The position numbers and the translations under genes are program-made. This document shows, piece by piece, positions 7,859-13,051 of a stretch of DNA of 19,227 bases; position 1 is the stretch's first letter; each line of letters begins with the position of its first letter. Source of the stretch: a virus (lineage: Duplodnaviria > Heunggongvirae > Uroviricota > Caudoviricetes). The notes beneath the pieces were generated by a model. That model did no database searches. It was not told the origin of the DNA and saw only the letters and a program-made list of their open reading frames with translations. The stretch lies in IMG/VR virus record IMGVR_UViG_2778261379_000001. The stretch is one strand, 5' to 3'.

Positions 7859-8904
7859 TGAGCAGAAAAAATAAAAAAGTGCGCATGAGTTCACGCATTG
7901 ATCTCGCTGATGCGCTCAGGAAAGAATCATCGCTCAGTGCATTCACATTTGATGGTCCTTATCGCCTGACCGGGCATGACCTGCTGGACAATATGTACTG
8001 TGCTGATAACGGGCGGTGGTATGAAACCCCGGTGGACTGGTACGGTCTGGCAAGAGCAGCCCGGCAAACGTCCTGGCATCAGTCTGCGCTTTACTTTAAG
8101 CGCAATGTATTACTCGGTTGCTACATCCCGCACCCGCTGCTTTCCCGGCAGGATTTCTCGGCGCTGGCGCTGGACTGGTTTGTGTTCGGTAACGCATTCC
8201 TTGAGCTTCGAAGCAATATGCTCGGCGAACCGCTTAAATTACGGCACGCCCTGGCGAAATACATGCGACGCGGAAGCGATCTTGAATCATGGTGGTATGT
8301 GCAGGATGGCAAGGACGCGTTTCAGTTTCGTCCTGGCAAAGTGTGCCACCTGATGAATCCGGATATTAACCAGGAAATCTACGGCATGCCGGAATATCTT
8401 GGCGCATTACTCTCGGCCAGCCTTTCTCATTCGGCGGACATGTTCAGAAAACTGTACTACGACAACGGATCCCACGCCGGGTGCATCATCTACATCGGTG
8501 CAGCGCAGGTAAACCGCGAAAGCATGGACTCCCTGAAAGAAACGCTACAGGGGGCACGTGGTGGTGGTGCGTTTAAAAACGTGCTCATTCATGCGCCCAA
8601 CGGGGGCAAAGAGGGGGTGCAAATTTTGCCGTTCCAGCAGATCACCGCAAAAGATGAATTCATGAATGTTAAGGCGGCATCCCGTGATGATGTGCTGGCT
8701 GCGCACCGCGTTCCGCCGCAACTGATGGGGGCGATGCCGGGCGAAAAAAGTGCGTTTGGCGATGTGGAGAAGGCAGCGCGGGTTTACGCAATTAACGAGC
8801 TGATGCCCGTTATGGAGGCTATGAAGCACATCAATGACTGGCTTGGCGAAGAGGTGATCCGTTTTAACTCTTATGCTCTTCTTGATGAAAAAACAGCCCC
8901 GTGA
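7858..8904 (+). CDS. Q: portal (capsid vertex) protein, gpQ-like
   Basis: 348 aa with blocks NGRWYE, FVFGNAFLE, DINQEIYGMPEYL, HRVPPQLMG, WLGEEVIRF matching remembered P2 gpQ. Confidence 0.9.
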   Translation: MSRKNKKVRMSSRIDLADALRKESSLSAFTFDGPYRLTGHDLLDNMYCADNGRWYETPVDWYGLARAARQTSWHQSALYFKRNVLLGCYIPHPLLSRQDFSALALDWFVFGNAFLELRSNMLGEPLKLRHALAKYMRRGSDLESWWYVQDGKDAFQFRPGKVCHLMNPDINQEIYGMPEYLGALLSASLSHSADMFRKLYYDNGSHAGCIIYIGAAQVNRESMDSLKETLQGARGGGAFKNVLIHAPNGGKEGVQILPFQQITAKDEFMNVKAASRDDVLAAHRVPPQLMGAMPGEKSAFGDVEKAARVYAINELMPVMEAMKHINDWLGEEVIRFNSYALLDEKTAP

Positions 8905-8920
8905 TGGGGCTGTCCTTTTT
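8888..8920. terminator. bidirectional intrinsic terminator between convergent Q and the 174-aa gene
   Basis: Stem ACAGCCCC (8893..8900) pairs with GGGGCTGT (8906..8913) around a 5-nt loop. A T-run follows on the plus strand (8916..8920) and on the minus strand (complement of the A-run 8888..8892). The hairpin overlaps the Q stop codon. Confidence 0.5.
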
Positions 8921-9443
8921 ACCAGAGTTGAACCATTTTCTGGGTGCCGTCAGGCTTGAGATTATCAATTTCAGAGAGAACGTAATATTGAATGGCTTCA
9001 CAAACGGTGGTGTAGGGTGAATTACCTTCTTTAAGTGGCACGATATTATTATTAACGCGAACCTGTATTTCATCGTTATACATTGCGATCGAAACAGGAG
9101 TGTGCACGAACGCGACTTCGCCAGGTGTGTCGTCAACCACCGTTTCAATACTAAAAGTCAGTTTTCGCTCATCATTGCTGCCCCGTGCTTTGGGGGTAGC
9201 GGCAGGGATCTGGGATAAAGGCATTCTGCGAAATCCTTCGGCTGCTTCCAGTCCGCATGAAACGTAATGCTGGCGATTACCGTCGCTATCTGTCCAGGTC
9301 TGTGATGGCAGCTCCAGCGAGATTTCATAAGCATCAACAATGCCCTGGGCAAGGCGTACAAGCGGGGTCAGATCTTCATTGCGGCGAAAGCTCTCCTTTA
9401 CCTGCTCCCGTTTTTCTCTTAACTGCTTGTAATTAATGACCAT
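8919..9443 (-). CDS. hypothetical protein, 174 aa (orphan accessory gene convergent with Q)
   Basis: Start taken at ATG 9443 with SD GGAGG 7 nt upstream (MVINYKQLREKREQVKESF...). The track start 9482 is a GTG. No motif I recognise. Ends in the shared terminator hairpin. Confidence 0.55.
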   Translation of the reverse strand: MVINYKQLREKREQVKESFRRNEDLTPLVRLAQGIVDAYEISLELPSQTWTDSDGNRQHYVSCGLEAAEGFRRMPLSQIPAATPKARGSNDERKLTFSIETVVDDTPGEVAFVHTPVSIAMYNDEIQVRVNNNIVPLKEGNSPYTTVCEAIQYYVLSEIDNLKPDGTQKMVQLW

Positions 9444-9542
9444 AAGACAGCCTCCATTGATTTCTTTGCTCGTATTTTGCACTTATGAAGTATGGTCGGC
9501 AAGGTGCCGTATCGCTGACGCGCTTCGCTTGTCTGCTGCTTC

Positions 9543-9571
9543 GCCGGGGCATAAAAAATTTATGCCCCGGC
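9543..9571. repeat. perfect 13-bp-stem palindrome GCCGGGGCATAAA/TTTATGCCCCGGC with 3-nt loop
   Basis: Read directly from the sequence. No T-tract on either side, so not a classical intrinsic terminator. Lies about 100 bp upstream of the 174-aa gene start. Confidence 0.5.
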
Positions 9572-9848
9572 TCTCCAGCTCCTGTATCAATCAGATAATT
9601 TCACGACGCCTTCCAGTTTATCGCCACCATCGACGGTCAGACTCTTACGCAATTCCACCGCGTTGACTGCATGTTCTCGCTGCCTCAGTGCGATTTTGAC
9701 GGCCTTACCTTTCACCCCATCAAATCAAAAGCCCTCACGCCTTTTTCATGCTCAGCGTGAGAAATATGGCCATTCTGTTGTGTCTCTGCGACATCGTTCA
9801 GGGAATGCTATTTACCCCCTGAAACGCGGGCTGTTCCCCCGTCACCTG

Positions 9849-9872
9849 CGCGCAGAAAAAGCGCGTTTTTTT
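9849..9872 (+). terminator. candidate plus-strand intrinsic terminator
   Basis: CGCGC-AGAAAAA-GCGCG followed by TTTTTTT. No convincing coding ORF lies upstream on the plus strand. Confidence 0.35.
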
Positions 9873-9942
9873 GTGCACGCACGGATCCTTGACGGATCCA
9901 GCCGCCATGCGGGCCGGAAGGGTAAAAAGTCGTTCAAAAAAA

Positions 9943-9969
9943 TTGTGCAAATTTGTGCACTTTTGTGCA
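9943..9969 (+). repeat. three direct TTGTGCA heptamers at exact 10-bp phasing (9943, 9953, 9963)
   Basis: Sequence reads TTGTGCAaatTTGTGCActtTTGTGCA. The last copy ends about 20 bp upstream of the candidate -35. Confidence 0.45.
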
Positions 9970-9988
9970 GGTAAGCATGCCTATATAT

Positions 9989-10017
9989 TTGACCGTGGCT
10001 TGCCTTTGATGTAGTTT
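9989..10017 (+). promoter_or_regulatory. candidate sigma70-type promoter for the AT-rich cassette
   Basis: TTGACC (9989..9994), 17-bp spacer, TAGTTT (10012..10017). Weak -10, pattern match only. Confidence 0.25.
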
Positions 10018-10069
10018 ATACGTCACAAAAACCACAAAACGTGGTTATGATTTCTATGAGGGGGTTGAT

Positions 10070-10105
10070 ATGAAAAAAATGTATGATGAATTTGATGGTT
10101 TCTAA
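10070..10105 (+). CDS. candidate 11-codon leader peptide (MKKMYDEFDGF)
   Basis: ATG preceded by GAGGGGG SD with about 6-nt spacer, stop TAA at 10103..10105, followed 20 nt later by an intrinsic terminator and then the first cassette gene. Confidence 0.25.
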   Translation: MKKMYDEFDGF

Positions 10106-10125
10106 GCTACGTTGACCTCTAATGA

Positions 10126-10152
10126 GGCGGGGATTTGCTCCCCGCCTTTTTT
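10126..10152 (+). terminator. intrinsic terminator / candidate attenuator just upstream of the cassette
   Basis: GGCGGGGA-TTTGC-TCCCCGCC followed by TTTTTT. The stop of the hairpin is 14 nt before the 10167 start codon. Confidence 0.45.
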
Positions 10153-10166
10153 ATGGATGAAATAGG

Positions 10167-10664
10167 ATGAACCCAATAACACTACAAATCATCAGCAATG
10201 CTATTGTTCTGCTTGGCGTTTTGGTTGCCATTGGAACCATTATCTACAATGTGCGTACCGCAAAAAAAACTCAAACGGCCAACTTTCTTTTTGAGAGTCG
10301 GCAAGATATGCAATATATAGAGTCATTGCATACCCTGAAACAAGTGCATCGTTCAGGCAAATCATTTCGTTCTTATGTTTTTCCTTGTGATGGTTGCATA
10401 ATAACAGATGAAGAAATGGCCGAGCGTCGAAAATTTCAATATATTTTAAATTTTTACGAGCGAGTTGCTGTAAGTATTCGTGAAGGTATTTATGATGAAA
10501 AAATGATAAAAAGAACATCTTACACAACAGTTGTAGAGACATATGATATTGCCGAGCCATTAATTAAAGCAATCAGAGAAAGCATTAATTCGGATACTAC
10601 ATATCAAGAATTCGAATGGTTAGTAAGAAGATGGAAAGCTAATCCTTTACGGAAAAACAAATAA
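10167..10664 (+). CDS. hypothetical membrane-anchored protein, 165 aa (one N-terminal TM helix plus soluble domain); first gene of AT-rich cassette
   Basis: ATG start. N-terminus ITLQIISNAIVLLGVLVAIGTIIY is a clear TM helix followed by a charged, mixed soluble region. Codon usage is strongly AT-biased relative to neighbours. No motif I recognise. Confidence 0.65.
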   Translation: MNPITLQIISNAIVLLGVLVAIGTIIYNVRTAKKTQTANFLFESRQDMQYIESLHTLKQVHRSGKSFRSYVFPCDGCIITDEEMAERRKFQYILNFYERVAVSIREGIYDEKMIKRTSYTTVVETYDIAEPLIKAIRESINSDTTYQEFEWLVRRWKANPLRKNK

Positions 10665-10703
10665 TGTTTTACCCTTTAATTTACAAGTAACACAGGGGGA
10701 AGT

Positions 10704-11546
10704 GTGACACAGAATCCGTTTTCATTTTATGACTTTTTGGGCTATCTAATTCCAGGTGGGTTATTCCTGTTTATCCTTTTTTTGTTTTCTATTGAAATTA
10801 ACCCTGTTTATATAGAAGGTATTCTTAACCATATCCTGAAATATAAAGAAATAATAAGTGTATTTATATATGTGGTATTAATCGTTCTATCATATATTTC
10901 AGGTCACTTCATATCTATTCTATCATCCTGTTTAATTGAAAAATACATGAACAGTAAACTTGGGTATCCTTCAATTTATCTGTTTTCTAAAAGAAGCTCC
11001 CTGAAAATAAAACGACATAATACTAAGTTCAGTATAGTTAATTTTATTCGTGGAGTTTTTTTATTTCCTGTATCAGCTTTTGATAAAGCAGAACATCATA
11101 AAACCACACTGCATTCTATACTTATTAAAGTCTTTTGGCCGCAAATACGAGATGGTTATATAAATGTTTTTTCTGTATCTACGCTATATCGACGTAAGGG
11201 CTTGAGGGGCGATCTTTTTCGCCTTGCTTATCATTATGTGTATGAACATTCTAAAAATCATCAGGTGAAAATGCAAAACTATGTTGCTTTGTATGGTTTT
11301 TGTAGAAACATTACATTTGTTTTTCTCGCTTCAGTCTGGTTGCTTATGTTCCTGCTCCTTCTATCCTTTTTAATAGATATAAATATCAGACTGTTACCTT
11401 TTTGTTTTCTTCTCTTGTTTTGTATTGCTGCATCCCGAGTATTTTATTATGGTTTTGTTAAGTATTATCGCCGCTATTCTCTTGAGGTTTTAATGGCATT
11501 TGCGGTACTTCAGCACGATAAAAAAACTTCGGCAATTTCATCATGA
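10704..11546 (+). CDS. hypothetical polytopic membrane protein, 280 aa (about four TM helices: two N-terminal, two C-terminal, with a central cytosolic region)
   Basis: GTG start with GGGGGA SD just upstream. Hydrophobic segments at about residues 12-29, 52-75, 197-220 and 225-245. AT-rich like the upstream gene, 39-bp gap, same strand. Confidence 0.65.
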   Translation: MTQNPFSFYDFLGYLIPGGLFLFILFLFSIEINPVYIEGILNHILKYKEIISVFIYVVLIVLSYISGHFISILSSCLIEKYMNSKLGYPSIYLFSKRSSLKIKRHNTKFSIVNFIRGVFLFPVSAFDKAEHHKTTLHSILIKVFWPQIRDGYINVFSVSTLYRRKGLRGDLFRLAYHYVYEHSKNHQVKMQNYVALYGFCRNITFVFLASVWLLMFLLLLSFLIDINIRLLPFCFLLLFCIAASRVFYYGFVKYYRRYSLEVLMAFAVLQHDKKTSAISS

Positions 11547-11557
11547 TTTGAAACATT

Positions 11558-11580
11558 GGCACCCTGTTAGCAAGGGTGCC
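11558..11580. other. hairpin GGCACCCT-GTTAGCA-AGGGTGCC between the convergent cassette and parR
   Basis: Read directly from the sequence. No adjacent T-tract on either strand. Confidence 0.3.
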
Positions 11581-11629
11581 AGAATGATGTGTTGGTCTGT
11601 ATTTTATTAGTTCACATACAATTATCAGA

Positions 11630-11944
11630 TTATTCTGGGAATAAGGTCTGAATATTCTTTTTTATTTTATAAAAATTGCATTCAACTCCGCTAGGCTGAT
11701 TATCCTGGTATGTTTCCTTGATGCTAACGGTATTGAAGGGGAGGTTGTCCTCTGGCCATTCGGCCATCCAGTAGGCAAATGCTGGGTTGCGCTTTATGAG
11801 CGCTAGCCCAGCCAGAAAGGCCGCGCGTTGCGCGCGGCTGCGTTCGGAGGCTGGCAGGCTATCGAGGTAATTGCACGCCTCCTGTTCACTCTTGACGGCG
11901 GCGGGCTTCAGATAGAAACTTATCCGTCTGGTTGGTGTCGTCAT
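11630..11944 (-). CDS. parR: ParR-like partition adaptor (ribbon-helix-helix centromere-binding protein)
   Basis: Internal ATG at 11944 with SD AAGGAG 7 nt upstream, 4 nt after the parM stop. N-terminal region RRISFYLKP...LDSLPASERSRAQRAAFLAGLALIKRNP aligns with remembered R1 ParR (RRTIAFKLNP...LDSIPQGERSRLNRAALTAGLALYRQDP). Confidence 0.6.
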   Translation of the reverse strand: MTTPTRRISFYLKPAAVKSEQEACNYLDSLPASERSRAQRAAFLAGLALIKRNPAFAYWMAEWPEDNLPFNTVSIKETYQDNQPSGVECNFYKIKKNIQTLFPE

Positions 11945-11948
11945 TGGT

Positions 11949-12908
11949 TTACTCCTTGTCCATTGCGTACAGCCCATTAACCAGAGCAAACTGTGGCACC
12001 CCGTCCGCGATGAAAGTCGCATTAACTCCGCAGACTTCGCGGATAGCGGGTGCCACAATCTCCGCCCCTCCACCGACAACCATCACCCGCCCGTAACCCG
12101 AAAAAACCGCCAGCGCGCGGATCACGCGTTGTTTCAGTGTTTCTTCCTTTTCACGAATAACCGCCATCAGGCTGGCGTAATGCGCGTCATTGTGGATGTG
12201 CTGGCGCAGCCAGGCTTCATCATGGCGATGTTCGATAATGGTATTGGCGATGTGGTGACTGGTGCGCATACCGTTAGTGGCCATCACCGACAGTACGGCA
12301 TCGGCCATCAGGGAAACGCCTACGTGTGGATCGCAAAACACCTGGCTGATACCTGCCAGTTGCCCTTGAACCTTTGCCACATCCAGCGTGGTTCCGCCTA
12401 AATCCACAATCAGCAGGGATTCAAACGGACTCATGTCAGCCAGTGCTTTAAAGCCAGCCGGAATGGATTCAGGCATAACCCGCACGTTACGGATAGTGAA
12501 TGCTTCGCCGTTCTGGTATTCCACCGGGCGCATAACGTTCGCTTTTTTGCGGTTGATGTTGGCCATGTCCGGCTGTGCGTTTGTGTCGAAATACTCGCTC
12601 AGTGGCAGGGTGACAACCACATCCACCTCCTGTGGCGTGATGCCTGATTTGACCAGCGCGTGATGAATGGCGATTACATTCACATCGCTGTACTGGTATT
12701 GCGTGTCGGTCGTCTGGACAAAGCGATCGCTAACCGGATCAAAACCATAGCGCACGCCATCAAGCATGTAGTTCGCGGGCTGCATGCCACCGAACGGCGC
12801 AGACCATTCCGACTTGAAGCTGTTCGGGCTGATGGCGTTGCGGCGTTCGCCATTCTCAGTCCATGCCAGCTTGATGTTGGTGGAGCCGTCGTCGATACAA
12901 ATTTTCAT
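11949..12908 (-). CDS. parM: ParM/StbA-family actin-like segregation ATPase
   Basis: 319 aa. N-terminus MKICIDDGSTNIKLAW...ISPNSFKSEW...YQYSDVNVIAIHHALVKSG closely matches remembered R1 ParM (MLVFIDDGSTNIKLQW...ISPNSFKREW...WQYSDVNVVAVHHALLTSG). Good SD AAGGA. Confidence 0.85.
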   Translation of the reverse strand: MKICIDDGSTNIKLAWTENGERRNAISPNSFKSEWSAPFGGMQPANYMLDGVRYGFDPVSDRFVQTTDTQYQYSDVNVIAIHHALVKSGITPQEVDVVVTLPLSEYFDTNAQPDMANINRKKANVMRPVEYQNGEAFTIRNVRVMPESIPAGFKALADMSPFESLLIVDLGGTTLDVAKVQGQLAGISQVFCDPHVGVSLMADAVLSVMATNGMRTSHHIANTIIEHRHDEAWLRQHIHNDAHYASLMAVIREKEETLKQRVIRALAVFSGYGRVMVVGGGAEIVAPAIREVCGVNATFIADGVPQFALVNGLYAMDKE

Positions 12909-12939
12909 GTCGCTTTTCCTTATGTTGATTAATTAATCG

Positions 12940-13051
12940 TTTACGGGATTCTGAAATCCCGTTTTTGCCTGTTTTGTGCGCGCTTCATATATCGCTGCGC
13001 GTTTTTTGCTCATTTACGGGATTCGTAAGTCCCGTTTCTGTCTGTTTTTTG
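12940..13051. repeat. two about 39-bp direct repeats (12940..12978 and 13013..13051, 33/39 identical), each containing an ACGGGA(TT)/(AA)TCCCGT inverted repeat; candidate parC centromere/operator
   Basis: Repeat 1 lies in the A-parM intergenic region 32-70 bp upstream of parM. Repeat 2 lies within the last codons of gene A. The two copies are 73 bp apart. Confidence 0.45.

Noticed and set aside
9436-9974. Plus-strand ORFs 9436..9666 and 9663..9974 in the long intergenic region
   Set aside because: They run through the palindrome and the terminator hairpin, have no SD and give junk-like translations.
10123-10146. GAGGCGGGGA as a possible P2-type cos core
   Set aside because: It shares only a short run with the remembered cos sequence and is part of a perfect hairpin followed by a T-tract, so it is better explained as a terminator.
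10240-10560. 106-aa minus-strand ORF inside the AT-rich first cassette gene
   Set aside because: Open by chance in AT-rich DNA, antisense to a gene with a clear TM helix and operon context.
12129-12932. Plus-strand ORFs 12129..12401, 12388..12663 and 12660..12932
   Set aside because: Antisense to parM, whose homology to ParM is strong.
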